Assembly (NCBI GenBank): GCA_030390025.1
Contig: CM059432.1
Location: forward strand, 54,934,001-54,998,000
Length of the DNA: 64,000 nucleotides
Direction of reading: 5' to 3'
DNA from: Squalus acanthias
Taxonomy: Eukaryota
Below, in pieces: positions 1-13,983 of the stretch. Under the pieces are notes generated by a model. It saw nothing but the letters and a program-made list of their open reading frames with translations. It was not told the DNA's origin and did no database searches. The translations under genes and the position numbers were made by a program. Within the stretch, counting starts at the first letter, position 1, and every line of letters begins with the position of its first letter.

Positions 1-96
1 GCAGTCAGGAGGATTAAATGTAGTCGTCTGCCATTGTACATTTCACATGCATTGTTCTCTATCTATATATGCTTTGTCGATTTGTATTCCTTTACT

Positions 97-134
97 TCAC
101 CTGACGAAGGAGCAGCCGCTCCGAAAGCTTGTGA
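97..134 (+). ncRNA. Minimal hammerhead-like motif in a Penelope-like remnant (about 1-185)
   Basis: tcac-CTGACGA-a-ggagc-agcc-gctcc-GAAA-gc-TT-gtga followed by aataaaactgttggactataacctggtgttgtg, as at 16645-16720. Confidence 0.65.
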
Positions 135-1199
135 TTTCAAATAAAACTGTTGGACTATAACCTGGTGTTGTGCGGCTTATCCTTATCACAGCCCAAAATT
201 GTTCATTCACTCCTAAAGTTTACAAAGGTGGCAGAAAACCACTTGATTAGGTTCATGAGTTATGTCGTATTCTGCATTTCAAAACTTCAAAGGTTTGACT
301 TCTCACCTCAGAAAAGTCATCAGAGACACGATGTCTACAATACTAAGGGAGTTTGTTTATCTCTGTTGTCTCTGACTACCCCCTGCAGTCACAACCATGT
401 TTCCTGCCTTATCAGTGAAAGACTGCTTGTTACATTCACCAATTTTATTCCACTTTGTAAAACCTTTTTGCCTGGCAAAGCATTTCAAGAAATATTAAAA
501 ATTAAGGGTCTGTATATACTTTCTACACCCCTGAACTCTAATATGATTGCATTGCTTCGATTGCGAGACCGAAGGTATGAACTCAGTCACCGTTTCACTT
601 CCTTAGAAGATTGTTCACCAAAAAAATCTTAAAATAGAAATTAAAATATAACAAATTTTTAAGAGACACTTGTGGTATAAACAATATACAGATCAGGGTG
701 ACGATGGTGAAAAATTCTCTGGATCTGTAGCAATTATAGGTTATGTGCCTGCAGTGCTTAGGTTTACTTTCTGTGAAACATCACTTTGAAATGGTCAGTG
801 GTGAAGAATTGATATTTCAATTGTTTCATTGTTAATGTTTTTATTCTGTCAGTTTTTAATCATCTGAGCAGAATCACACAGGGCTGCTGAGAGACCTGTA
901 AAATGCAGGGGCTGAATTGGTGCAGATTAAAAAGAGCAGGGTCTGTGGGAACAGTAAATACTATGGAAATTTGGGAAAATTGTCCAATAAAGGAGAGTTA
1001 AGACTCGTGACAAATATGTTCAAAAATGGTATTTAAGTTATACATTATTGCCAAACTCCTCAAAGTTTGTGCAGACTTAAATAATTTTCAAATCAATTTG
1101 TTGAATCGTACTGGAAAGTGCTTGTGTGGATCTCAGGTGAAGACTGGTTCAGGTTCAGCTGGAATGCCCTCTACAGTCTAAGACCCTGCCCACACCCAG

Positions 1200-1343
1200 A
1201 GGGTAAATGTAACTTTTAATGGCAGGTGAAAAACAAGTGATAGTTGCACGTCGCCGCAAAAAGAAAATTGAGCGGAGTGTAAAACGGGCAACCGTTTCAC
1301 TATTGCTTGTTTCTCACCCAGCGCTAAAAGTTAAAATGACCCC
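1200..1343. mobile_element. Short MITE-like inverted-repeat element
   Basis: gggtaaatgtaactttta ... taaaagttaaaatgaccc, with inner ggtgaaaaacaag / cttgtttctcacc. Confidence 0.55.
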
Positions 1344-2452
1344 CTCCCAGTCTCGACGCATGAAGAAAGGCCACTCAGAGGAACACCCAGCATCCATGCA
1401 GTCAAACCCCAGCAACAGTCAGCACCTTTAGAAGTGGAGAGAGGAAAGGGAATAAAATTGGAATAAAAAATGCGGTATTAAATCTGAATTCAAGTGACTT
1501 ACCATACATTGAAAAAAGAATTGTGACACATCCCAAATGGGGGAACAATATAATTCATTCAATCTAGTATAAGGTTCTGAACTAACTTCTGTCACACTCT
1601 CTTTGAGCATATAGCAGTGACTTTTTTCTGAAGTATGCTGTGGGAAAAAACTCTGACAATACGACAGGCCTATCAAATCCAGTGTCCAGCACAAAACGGC
1701 TACAGTACTTTATCAAACATCACATGACATTGCATTCAGATGAAACAATATCGAAAAATCTCCCCATCAAAGAAACGGATCCATGCAGTTGTAAGACATG
1801 CTGTTTTAAACAGAAATGTTCTCTCTGGTGTTTATACTGCTCCTGTGGGGGTACAGACCATTGAATCAATTTTTTTGTTATTTAATGGTCTCTCGTTTGC
1901 ATAATTTATTTAGGAGCAGGAACTGTGACTGATTTCCTACTGCACTCATTCCTTGGAACTGTTTCAATTAATGCTTTGAATATAATGTATTTTAATCATT
2001 TGTTATGGTCTCAATTTTTAACACAGTGATTCACTGGCACTCTAAATAAAATTATACTTTTAAATTGGCAGTTCTAGAAGTAACTGAAGAGCAGGATGTC
2101 TCAGTGACAGCAATAAATTCTTGTGCTGGTATTAACAAAATTCCCTGACATACTTGTAAGCCGGAATTTTCTTTACCTGGACGGGTCGGGTGCGGGCGGT
2201 CAGTGTGGTGGGTTGTGATCCCGTTCCTGCTTCCATCACGCTGCAGAAATTGACCTTGCTCTAATGGGCACTATTAAGCTCGTCCTGCGCATTACCCGGC
2301 CCTATTAAATGGTGCGGGTCTGATGACATCATCGATGACGCGTTTTCAGCTGGGATATTTAAAGGAGCCATGGCCACATTGCATTTGAAGGTTCATCTAG
2401 GAGTGTGCAGTCACTGTATTGGAGGCTTTGATTGCTCCAAACACTTGGAGAC

Positions 2453-5273
2453 ATGACTGCACAGAGGCAGAGGGTTGCACCCAGGTTCTCCGATGACTCC
2501 CTCCATATGCTTGTGGAGGGAGTCAGAGCACGCAGGGAGGTCCTCTTCCCTTCGAATGAGCGTTAGAGACCTCCCCAGGAGACAAAAAGAGCCTGGCTCC
2601 AAATTGCAGAGGAAGTCAACAGCAGGGATGTGTTCAGGAGGACCTGGGTGCAGTGCTGGAAACGTCTCAATGATTTCATTAGATCAGGAAAGGTGAGTAC
2701 AAAGTCACACTCAACTTCATCCTGCTGTGCCTCTCATCACATCCCCATCACTCTGCCTTCCCAACCCTACTCCTGCACATCCTTACTCAGACCAACATAC
2801 CTTGCATGTCCACTCATCCCCCTCTCTCTATCTACATTATCACATCCCCATCTGACTAGCTACCCCTCACACTCACCCTCATCCTAATGCAATCATACCA
2901 ACTAACAACACGCAAGGAGGCCACTTGGCATTGTCACCCCACTCCATCATAGTCACCTTCTAAAGATGTAACCCATCCATTCTTCACACCCATTCTTTAC
3001 AATCTATATTAATGACTTGGATGAAGGGACCGAGTGTAATGTAGCCAAATTTGCTGATGATACAAAGAGAGGTGGGAAAGCAAGTTGTGAGGAGTACACA
3101 AAGAGTCTGCAAAGGGATATAGATAGGTTAAGTGAGTGGGAAAAAATTTGGCAGATGGAGTATAATGTGGGAAAATGTGAGGTTATCCACTTTGGTAGGA
3201 AGAATAAAAAAGCAAAATATTATTTAAATGGAGAGAGACTACAGAATGCTGCGGTACAGAGGGATCTGGTTGTCCTCGTACATGAAACACAAAAAGTTAG
3301 CATGCAGGTACAGCAAGTAATTAGGAAGGCAAATGGAATATTGGCCTTTATAGCAAGGGGGATGGAGTATAAAAGTAGGGAAGTCTTGCTACAACTGTAC
3401 AGGGCGTTGGTGAGACCACATCTGGAGTACTGCATACAGTTTTGGTCTCCTTATTTAAGGAAGGATATACTTGCATTGGAGGCAGTTCAAAGAAGGTTCA
3501 CTAGGTTGATTCCGGAGATGAAGGGGTTGTCTTATGAGGAAAGGTTGAGCAGGTTGGGCCTATACTCATCGGAGTTTAGAAGAATGAGAGGTGATCTTAT
3601 TGAAACATATAAGATTCTGAGGGGGCTTGACAGGGTAGATGCAGAGTGGATGTTTCCACTCGTGGTGGAATCTAGAACTAGGGGGCACAGTTTCAGAATA
3701 AGGGGTCGCCCATTTAAAACTGAGATGAGAGGAATTTCTTCTCTCAGAGGGTCTTGAATCTTTGGAATTCTCTACCCCAGAGAGCTGTGGAGGCTGAGTC
3801 ATTGAATATATTCAAGGCTGAGATAGACAGATATTTGAGCTACGGGGGAGTCAAGGGTTATGGGGAGCGGGCAGGGAAGTGCAGTTGAGGCCAAGATCAG
3901 ATCAGCCATGATCTTAAGGAATGGCGGAGCAGGCTCGAGGGGCCGAATGGCCTATTGCTGCTCCTATTTCTTATGTTCTTATTCCATCAGTCTCACTCAA
4001 CCTTCTCTTCTTTCCCTCCTTGCAGGAAAAGAGAGCTCACAATAAGAGGGCTAGGGAGAGAACTGGAGGTGGAGCTCCATGATTTGCCAATCTCACAACA
4101 GCAGAGGAGGCTGCGTTGGAAGCATCGGGGGTGGCCGAGCACCTGGAAGTGGGAGACGGACAGAGGGGTACATCTCAGCATCCTGGTGACAGAATTACAT
4201 ATCATACAGCTACATGGCATATATCAGTCACTCATATGGGGACTGATGTCATCAGCCACTGAATGGTCATCATGTGTATAATGTAGCCATTCTTCATATG
4301 GCATATCTAACTCATCTCTTTACTCTCCCACAGGTCCATCAAGAGCCCCCGCCCCCCCGTCCAGGAGGAGAGGAAGACGACTCCTCAGAGGAGCCTCCAG
4401 CCACTGAGGGCGCAGCATCACCAGACATAAGCGCACCCAGTACTAGCGCAAAGACGCACACCTCGGTGGGTCCCACGCAAGATAGAGTAGTGTTGTCACC
4501 GGGTCTGTCACAAGTGAGCAAGAGCAGATGGTGGAGACTCCTCGCTGGAGGACATAGGACGCGTCCAGCTCTGCACAGCTGCATGCAGACGCTGAGCCTC
4601 GGGGGCCATCCAGAAAGAGGGTGATCCTGGAGGTGCAGGAAGAAATGCAGAGGGCTCTGACCGCGATGTCAGAGAATGGAGGAGTCCATCTCCAACATGA
4701 GCACCACCGTATCGCAGGCGACAGCGACTGTAGGCTCTTCCATGGTTAGGATGGCCACCTGCATGGAGCAGCTAATGCGCCACTCACAGGAGCACATGGT
4801 CTCTATGGAGAATAGATGGCTATCTATGGAGCATAGATGGCAGAGGTTCATAGACCTCCTGTACGAGGGTGTCAGTGTAGACGTGGGTTCTCATGGCCCC
4901 ACTGATATGCAGCAAGGTGCTCTCCAGCTCCTTGCTAGCAGGGAAGTGCAGGTGGCCCATGAGAAAGATGACGGTGAAGTGGGACATAGAAGTGTGGGCT
5001 CCTCTCAAAGTGCTTACACTTTTCCCCCATTGCCATCCCATCAGTCAGAGCCCCAGATGCCTCCTCGGACAGCGATGGCCGAGCCTGCCCCTACAGTCGC
5101 AGGAGGAGCAGACTTTGGTGAGGCCATCACAGGCTCCAAAACCCAGAGGACGTCCGCCAAGAGTGTCTAAGCAGTCACAGCAGGGAAGTGAGCAGACTGC
5201 CTCTACCTCTGCTGAAGCCATAGGTGTAGCACCTCGTAGAAGCACACGTAAGAGAAAGATGACACACAAATAG
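2453..5273 (+). pseudogene. Harbinger Myb/SANT-like DNA-binding protein, 3 exons (about 2453-2692, 4026-4185, 4334-5273), disrupted
   Basis: Exon 1 reads MTAQRQRVAPRFSDDSLHMLVEGVRARREVLFP...AWLQIAEEVNS...TWVQCWKRLNDF then |GTGAGT, with an in-frame TAG at 2564-2566. Exon 2 starts ttgcag|EKRAHNKRARERTGGG. Basic C-terminus RRSTRKRK. Confidence 0.8.
2995..3982 (+). mobile_element. CR1 LINE 3' fragment (RT C-terminus and 3'UTR) in the Harbinger Myb intron
   Basis: ORF 3017-3757 with KFADDTK, YRALVRPHLEYCIQFWSP and RGDLIETYKI; typical tail tttcttatgttcttat. Confidence 0.93.
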
Positions 5274-5790
5274 ATTCACAAAGGTAGCCACATGGGTGTT
5301 TTATTCAATGTTAATGTCAAGTTTCCATTACTGTGAAGTCAACCATAAAAATCTTTATTTTCAGCACTTTCCAGTCTTGGACAAATTTGTGTGCATCTTT
5401 GGAAGTGGCTTAGTGAGTTGCAGTGAATGGTGAGACATAACGTTACCTCCGGCAATGGTGGTCAGTGTGAAAGGAATGGCTTGGTCAGTATAGGGATCCT
5501 TTATGGTGTTGCTGTGGGATGGAGCCAACCTGGCGCAGCATGTGGCAGCCATATGGGTGTATTGCATAAAGTTAAGTAAATCTGGCCATGATGAGCCCAT
5601 CCCTGGCCTCCCGGGCAGCAATGTGCTCGGGTGCTAGTGGGATCTGGCCCGCAGGTTCCTCCAGCTCCTGCTCCTCCTCATCTTTCAGCTGATGCTCCTC
5701 CTGCTCCTTCTCCTCTGAAGAGGCTGTGCGCTCAGTGCCTTGCTTCTCATGCAGCGCTAATCCTTGCTGCGGCACTATGTTGTGCTGGGC

Positions 5791-6933
5791 TTAGCAGACC
5801 ACAACGATTCTGGAGACCCTGGCTGGTGCGTACTGAGGGGCTCCTCCAGATCTGTCAAGGCATCTGAAGTGCATTTTGAGTGTGCCTATTATCTGCTCTA
5901 TGACACATCTGGTGGAAATATGGCTTTCATTATATCTCTCCTCCGCCTCAGTACTTGGCCTCCTCAAGGGTGTCATGAGCCACGTCTTCAGTGGAGAGCC
6001 CTTGACTCCAAGCAGCCAGCCAGGTAGTCTGTTTGGAGGAGCGAAGAGCTGAGGGAGGGTGGACTGGTGAGGGACAAAAGAGTCATGGCAGCTGCCAGGG
6101 AATTTGGCACACACATGCATGATGATCTTCCTGTGGTTGTAGACCAGCTGCACATTCATGGAGTGGAAGCCTTGGCGGTTGACAAAGACTCCTGGGTTAT
6201 GATGGGGTGCTCTGATGGCCACATGTCTGCAGTCGATGACGCCCTGCACCTGCGGGAAGCCAGCCAGAGCAGCAAAACCGAGCGTCCGCTCACTAACACT
6301 GGCTTCATCAGTGGCAAAGTTGATATAATTGGCTGACTTGTTAAAAAGGGCATCGGTGACCTGTGTGATGCATCCGTGGGCAGCCGACTGCGAGATGCCA
6401 CAAATATCTGCTGCAGAGAACTGGAAGAAGCCTGAGACGAAGAAGTTGAGGGTGCTGGTGACTTTGACAGCCACTGGTAAGGCGTGTCCACCCGTTCCTC
6501 TGGGCTGCAGGTCTTGCTCCAGCAATCTGCTAATGTCTGCGATGACCTGGTTCGATAGCCTGAGCCTCCTTTGACACTGCTGCTCAGTCATGTTGAGGAA
6601 GCTCATCCTCTGCCTGTATACCGTGTTGGGCATATCGCCTCCAGTGCGGTGCAGCCCTGCGCTGATGTCCTCTGTCCTGTGCAGCATCAGGTGGTTGAGG
6701 AGAAGGTTGGTGGTGTTGCTGTTGGTGCTGGTGCTGCTGGTGTTGGGGCTCATCGTAGTCCAATTCTGAGGACCAAGGTGAGACAGTATAAATGGCACCC
6801 ATGCTGATGTAATAGATGGCAGGTCAAGTAGAGATGAGAGAAGCAATCTGTCAATGGAGTGATAGGTTGTACCAGTGAGGTGAGACTGGATGGTGACTTT
6901 GCTGCAAACACTTGCAGCCTGTAGAAAGCTCAA
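5791..6933 (-). pseudogene. Harbinger transposase (HARBI1-like DDE nuclease), defective
   Basis: Motifs [50 protein letters not shown]. The GD(K)GY motif reads GVKGS, and the ORF stops before the usual LHN motif. Confidence 0.88.
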
Positions 6934-8691
6934 TGTGTTCTGGGAATGCAGTAGGTAGGCTGAAAAAGGCGCTTAAGGTCTGACAACAAGGTGGTAATGA
7001 TTTGAATTAGGTCGCCCACCTCTGCCAGTCGGGTCGCTGCCGCACTGGCAAACACGCCCGAGGGAAAGGCGCGTGGGGGCGGGATGATGGCAGGTTCCCG
7101 ATCGCTCCAACTTATTTCAAATTTCCGATCACGCCTGCATGGACACCAGAAAATTCTAGCCGTAATATTTGGAATTTGACAAAGCCAAGAAAGCTAGAAA
7201 TTTAAAGTGCATGACGCTTATCCACAATGGATAATTGTTCCACTGCATAACAATTGGGAGCTTTGCACACTGATCACAAGATAGGCTTGGATGAAGGAGT
7301 CCCTTCTTCCCATTTGATTTCATCCTTGCAGAATACCAACCCTACCACATTTCCATTAGAGCAGCTAGTTGTTTGTTACATCTCCTGGTCTCAATTGCTC
7401 TTCCTGACAATCCATTCCATCTGTCGCTCACCCTCTGTGTAAAGAAATACTTCTGGTGTCTATCCTAAACTTGCCTTTTACAACCTTTTAGCTGTGCCAT
7501 TTAACCTGCTGCCCTGGTGTATCTGCAGATCGTCTTCTGGTGTGAAGGAGGCAGCAGTCAAACACAACCAATGTGTCTTTTGGATGAGACATTAAACTGA
7601 GGCCCCCATCTGCCCCCTCAGGTGGATGTAAATGATTCGTGACACTATTCAAAGAAGAGCAGAAGAGCTATATTGGTGTCCTGGTCAACAATTATCCCTC
7701 AACCAACATCACTCAAACAGATAATCTGGTTATTTATTTAATTGATCTTTGTGGGATCTTGCAGTGCACAAGTTGGCTGTCGCATTTCCCTACATTACAA
7801 CAGTGACTACACTTCAAAAATACTTTCATTGGTCGTGAAGCAGTGTTGCTAATCCAGTTGCTAACACCTACAGTAGATTATTACCAGTAACATTGGTAAT
7901 GTTGGAAAATTGGTTTTACCTGGTGATCACTATAACCAACAGGTAAACCACTGGAAATCAAGTGATTAAAGTAATAGGGCTGATTCCTCAATTGTACGCT
8001 CGCAGGGAGCACTGGTTGGGAAATTGCGGGCCTGCATTGCCTGATTTTCCATCCACTTAAATGAATGGATGGAAAATCAGGCACAGCAGGCCTCTGATTT
8101 TCTGACCAGTGCTGTCTGCTTTGCACCTGGAGCACCTGATTGGTCCTAACTGGGAGGAAGAAGGGAAAGAAACAGGACTCGAATAGACTAGTGGCTTAGC
8201 ACAAGAAGGATAGTCTTTTGACTTTGTGCTCTTGGCAGGGAACCTCACCTACTGACAGTGCAAATCAGAAATTTGGGTGGCTGCTGCCAATGATTTTATT
8301 GTTAGAAGTTGTTGGCAGTACATGCCCACGTTTCCAATATGTGCTCTTAGTGGCCAAGGGTCCCCACTGGGTACGTAAAGTCAGAAAATGACCCCAAATG
8401 TTCTTTTCACTTCTTGCACTTGTTTCAAATCCTGCCCAAATTGATGGGATGAAAGTGTCTGTTGACCATAAAGGCGCTATATGATATGTTTTTGGGGTAT
8501 TTTCAGTCATATGGGTGCTTGGCCATTCCCCAAAACTATGCAAAATTTACTAGTAGTTGACAGTAAACTGACAAATCTCACCGAGAGAGGCCACAGGATG
8601 GTTGATGTGGTAAATAGAAATGAAATGCAGGCTGAGTAGAGGATGATTTACTGTGTCTAATGATGCTGGACCTGACCAGAGTCTGCTGAAA

Positions 8692-9386
8692 ACCTTGATT
8701 TTAACCCTCACGCCCCAATAGAACAAGACATGATGGGAGGGGGTTGGGTTAAAATTGTGCTGCTAACCATCTTTGTGCCACACTCACGCCCTGCGCCATT
8801 ATAACATGTGCGTGTTGGACAACGTCGCAGACTCTCTCCCCAGACAGGCGAGGGCTTCAACAGATGCAAAAGTCGTGGTCTGATGACATCATTCAGACCC
8901 TGACCTTATTTTAGCCCCAGGCCACGCAAACCATGCACAGTGCCCGGGGAAGTTGGGATGAGAATGCTCCAGGGCCAGGAGAGACCCAGTAAGTAAAAAT
9001 GTTTAATTTTTTGAAGGTTTCCTTATGGGCCAGAAGAAGCAGTAGTGCTCTGCCAGGCCTCACAAAGAATCCTTGGGCCTCGCCTGCCCTAGACTTCCTT
9101 TCCCCATCCCGAATCCACAATCGGTTTAAAATACCCCCCCCCCCCCCACCCCCGACACTACCTTTAGACCAGGGTCTGTTTTCTTGGGTCCTTGGCGATA
9201 TCCCGCTCCCACCCGGTGGCCTCTATGTCATTCTCGGCGGGTTCAGGCAGAGGTCGGGACTGGACGATGGTAGTGAGGCCCGGAATTTAAAATTGCCGGG
9301 GCCTCACGTCAGCGAGTCAGAACGAGCCTGCCACTTGCCTCGCCGCCCCCACACTGAACTCGCACCTCGTATTAAAATCAGGTGCC
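8692..9386. mobile_element. Probable MITE
   Basis: Ends ccttgattttaac / attaaaatcaggtgcc are imperfect inverted repeats; GC-rich arms; no coding capacity. Confidence 0.55.
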
Positions 9387-11229
9387 TGAAATAAAAAAGT
9401 GTTCCATTACCCAGTATTTTGTTATTATATGTCTCCTCACTTTGATGAACACCAAATTAAAAGTAATCCCCATGGAAAAGGCGAGCCCCTGCTGTTTTCC
9501 CCAGTAACAGACATATTCAGCATTACCAACAATCTGCTCATGTAAATCATGTTACAGACTTAAAGAAAGAGGTCATGCAATTCAGCCACAGCAGCTGTTC
9601 TCAATTCCCTGTGGGGGTTTGTATGCTAAAGAGGGTCCAATAATGCATCATTTGTTTTTATGAATGAGTTTGTACGTGCAAATATGCTAATAGTGATCAT
9701 TAAGCACTTTGCACCCAATGACATGAAGAAATCCCAAGGCAATGCTGTTTTTTCTAACGGTCTTTGCATTCACTGCTACTTCTTAACACAACCTATCCTG
9801 TCCCCACTACTGCACCAGAAAGGTGTTTCCAAACACAAATTTTCCTTTTCTTGAGTGAGATTAGTACATTTTCATGAACATTCTGTACTGTGGGCATTTT
9901 GCAATGGGAGATGGAGTGAGAATGCAAATCTCCTTTCATCTGTGACCCATTACAGCTGGTGAGGGGACATGGAACAAAGGACCTTATCCCCTTCACTCTC
10001 TTTGGGGTCCAGGAGGTAATAAGTGTATATAGGGATAGTGTCATACTCAGTTTATTACACTAAGGAGAAATAAGTAACTCTTATACACTGGGTTTCATAA
10101 TGGCCTACGAGACCATCTCCACAGCAGTAGAGTTCTACAAGACACTCTGGCAAACTGGGATCATGCTTCCAGGGATATCATTCTGGCTCCCCTTGAAGTT
10201 GAAAATGGGCTAGAACAAAAAGTTTCTTCCATGGTCAATCCAAATTTTTCAAGTTACCCAGCACTGATAGTAAGGCAAAGAGTATTGAGCAGGCAAATGG
10301 CCAACCTCTTATTGCAGGACAAAGTGCTTTTTAGTGCCCAGCGGTCTTCTGGCTGTTGCTCTTCAGCAGCAGTCAGAAGGCCCCGACTCCAGTGGCCAGA
10401 CCCACAGATGCAGGCACTCAAGCCCGATTCCCGGTGCAAGGCCATGCCATGAGGCGGGCCTGTACTGGAAATGTGACCAGGCCAGGTTAACGGCCCGGCC
10501 CACCAAATTCAGGCAGTCTGGACAAATGGATCACAACGGATTTATTCTGCTTGTCCTGTGCTTGGGTAAGGGTGGGGCAATGAATATCGGGTCTATAGTT
10601 AGTGAATCACTGCTCAGTGGAAATTGTTTTTTCTTAATTACTTTATGAAAGGCCCCTCATAATTTTGAATAGCTCTAGCATATCTCCTCTTAACTTTCTC
10701 TATTCTAGTGAAAAGAGTCCCAGGTATTCTGTTTAGTCCTTATAACTAAAGCAACTTTTTCCTGAAATTATTATTGCAGAGGTTTCCAAAGTTGTTTGAA
10801 GGTGAAGGTAAAGCCATGTGATATAGAGCAAAGGGCTAGTACTGATGTCATCATGCAGCACCTGGGATTCCTTCATCAGACTTCCAGTGTCAGTATGTAA
10901 TTTGTTTTAATACATTACTGGAATAATCCTTATCTGGCATATATTGTAGAAATCTACCCTGTAACCAGTTAACCCAGTAATTAATATCCTGCTTCCCGTC
11001 AAATAAGGCTTCTCCACAGCTGAATATTCTACCCCTAGCAATCAGTAGATTGACCTGAACCTAGTGATGCGCACAGTATGACTAATTTTAGCTATAATGG
11101 AAATTCAATTACTGTATGGGAAAATTATACTGTCAGTTGAACTCATCAACAATGTTAAGTATGGAAAATGTGGTTTATTTTCCCTTCACTCTTTTGTTGC
11201 TAATTTTCTACCCTCCCATTTTCCCTGAA

Positions 11230-11580
11230 TGCACTGACACATTGCTGATGTATAGTTTTGCATTCGCCAATCCTACTCAAGTGGCCATTTGTCATGAGTG
11301 GCCATTTGTCACATGTGAACAGTAAGTGTCAAACCGCCGGGGTGGGGGCGTGTGGTGGGTGCACAGGTGAGCCTGACCCTGTCCACGGCTGATATCCACA
11401 ACCATGCACTTTCCAACAGGGTTTACTGAATAGCAATCAAGAGTGGGCAGCAGGCCAATTCTCCCCACTCTAACCCATTCCAGCTAACCCAGTCCACAAT
11501 AGGGATCGAACTCAGCATCTTACCAGCCTGTGTGGTTTAGCGACTCACTAGATAAACCCACTCAGCCATTGAGGAGCAGA
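11230..11580 (-). mobile_element. Old tRNA-derived SINE family (LF-SINE-like, tentative)
   Basis: The minus strand begins with tRNA-like tggctgagtgg...agttcgatccc. Shared diverged blocks (gcactttccaacagg...tcact, caagtggccatt) recur at about 24640-24900, 41930-42330, 42900-43200, 43570-43755 and 49980-50370. Confidence 0.45.
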
Positions 11581-13853
11581 GAATGTGGGGGATTATGTTA
11601 ACTCACAGATCTCATAAGTGGCATCATTCATTAATCAGAGGATATGGACATACAAAAAAGAACAGGAACAGACCAGCTGGTCTGTCAACCCTGTCTCATC
11701 CTGACATGGTAAAACTTACACACACCATCAACCTCCGCCACCCCTCCCCCAAAAAATCACTCAATCTCCTAAGACAAGCAAATAGAGAGAAAATGAGGAT
11801 ACATGAACTTATAACAGGAATGTTATACCATGCAATGCACAATGTACTAATATATGATACTAGTCAATTTCTCTTGGCATTGCACATGGGGAGTCAAGAC
11901 AAGTGTAGTGTTCAAGTGAAGTGGGGTTAGAGGGCAGGGGATAATTGAGCTGGTGTGTGCAGACTCAATTCAGTAACCATTTTAAAGTCACGCATTCCAT
12001 CCTTTATTTCACTATTTGTTCTCAGAATATGGGTAAAACCAGCAAGCTCACATGTATTCTCCATCCCTAGTTGCCCTAAGAAGGTGGTGGTGCATTTTCT
12101 CCTTGAAGTGCTGCTGTCCCTGAATAGATGTTGCTCCTGAAATAGTGTTAGGTAGAGAATTCCAGGAATTTAACCTAGCAACAATGAAGGAATAGTGATG
12201 TAAGTCCTAGTCAGGAACATAGGAACAGGGGAAGGCCATTCAGGCCCTCGGGCCTATTCCACCATTCAATTGGATCAGGACTATGTGTGACTTAGACCGG
12301 AAGTGTTTTTGCAAATGATGATGTTCCCAAGATATTACTGCTCTTGTCTTTCTTAGTGGTAAAGGTCGATAGGCTGGGAGGTGCTGTCAAAGTAAGCTTG
12401 GTTAAGTTGCTGCAGTGCATCCTGTAGATAGTACTTACTGAGTGGAGGCTGGGGTCTCAGAGGGTCTGATATTCCTGCTGAATGTGGGGGGAGGGGTCCT
12501 GACATTGATGGGACATGTGGAGGAGGGAGGCTCTGCAAATGAAGTTGAATGTGTGGTTGCAGAAACTTGTTTACAGATTGGTATGCAAGGAAATTAAATT
12601 TGGATGGAATCTTACTCTCACTTTTTCAGCCCAGATACAACTTACAGGAATGGCAATCACTGGGTTGGTGCTGTCAGCAGTGGCTACGTTGCTCCAGGGT
12701 TGGCAACTGTGGATGGGCTGACAGTTCGGGGCAAAAAAGTGGAATGCTGATGGTCAGGCCTCTCTTGGAGCAAGTGTTGCAATTTCCAGAAGCGGTATTT
12801 ACAGATGGGTTGCAGTGTTCCAAACAGGAAATCCAGACCAAGTGAAGTATTCAGCTCAAGCAGATTTATGGATAATTGAACCAAGGCTCGGAAAGAGGCA
12901 GATGAGTAGGGGTGGAGAGGGAGGGTCAAGAAGCAGAGAGGAGGGTTGGGAAGAGTAACAAGGGATGGCAGTGGGGAAGTGGACAGTGGAAAGATAAGGT
13001 GGATAGGGTACGTGACTGCCAAGGATCCATTTGTAGGGCTCAAAAACATATGCTTTGCCGTGGGGAGAAGCTGGCTGGCGATAGGGCTACAGGCCCAGAA
13101 ACTGTAATCAGGGATGTGTGTGTGTGGGTGGGGTGGGGGGAATGGCTGCTGACATGGACTGTCCCATGGGGCCTGGAGAATATTCTGCAGAGGGGGCTAG
13201 GCCTGTAAAGAGATTCAGCAGGGTGGGCAGGGCATCTGCCAGGGGTCTGATCACAGGGACCAAAAAAACTCTCCATGGGCAGAGGTGGATTGTAATTGCC
13301 AGGGCTAAGGTCGCAGAGCCCCAACCATGCTCATGTGGGAGAGATACAAAGGAAACCAGGGAGAGACTGGCAGATCGGAGGGAAACTGCAGATGAAGGAG
13401 GCACCAGGTAACCTTTGCTAGGACAGAATTTTACAAAATTGATTTAAATTTACAATTTCCTATCTTGCCTTTTCATGTTACCTTTCCTTTCCTTTAGCAA
13501 TGTGACTGATGCCACACAGCGCTGGCCCTGGAGATGTAAATGAAGAGAGGGTGACGTGCACAGTGACTTAACGTCACCTCTGTGAACTTCGATCTTAGCG
13601 CTGAGTTCAGCACTGGGTCCTAAGCTCGCTCTGAAAAGCGAGCGTTCAGCAGATTGATAGAGACGCTGTCAGCACCTCTTAAAGGGACACACACATCTTT
13701 CAGGTAAGTTTTCATTTAAGCTTTTGGACTGGATTATTTTTATTTTATTGAAGTTGTGGCTTGGTGCAATACATGTTAAAAGTTTTTTTAAGTAAGCAGG
13801 CAGTGCTGATGGACGCTTGCAAGGCCTCAGGTAATAAAGGAAGGCCTCTGAAG

Positions 13854-13983
13854 ACAGAAAATGCTGGAAATACTCAGCAGGTCAGGCAGCATCCGTGGAG
13901 AGAGAAACACAGTTCACATCTCAGGTCAAGATGCTGCCTGACCTGCTGAGTATTTCCAGCATTTATTTCAGATTTACAGCATC
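13854..13983. repeat. Small Penelope-like palindromic remnant
   Basis: 35-bp arms 13859-13893 and 13930-13964; homologous to 60990-61060. Further remnants at about 53398-53470 and 62320-62395. Confidence 0.7.

Larger units (their letters stand above)
2159..7161. mobile_element. PIF/Harbinger DNA transposon, near full length (copy 1, defective)
   Basis: TIRs agccggaattttct / agaaaattctagcc; 3-bp TSD GTA (2156-2158, 7162-7164). Carries a convergent Myb/SANT gene (+) and DDE nuclease (-), with a CR1 inserted in an intron. Confidence 0.9.

Noticed and set aside
150..632. 160-aa ORF
   Set aside because: Starts at TTG inside a Penelope remnant, no recognisable motif or supported exon structure.
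2453..5273. Host MSANTD/NAIF1-type gene
   Set aside because: In-frame stop and frameshifts, multi-copy, and inside the Harbinger TIRs.
5791..6933. Domesticated HARBI1 host gene
   Set aside because: Lies between TIRs with a TSD, has a decayed paralog in the window and carries inactivating changes, so it is a transposon copy.
10085..10452. About 120-codon open frame in unique sequence
   Set aside because: No recognisable homology or convincing splice boundaries; length is within chance expectation.
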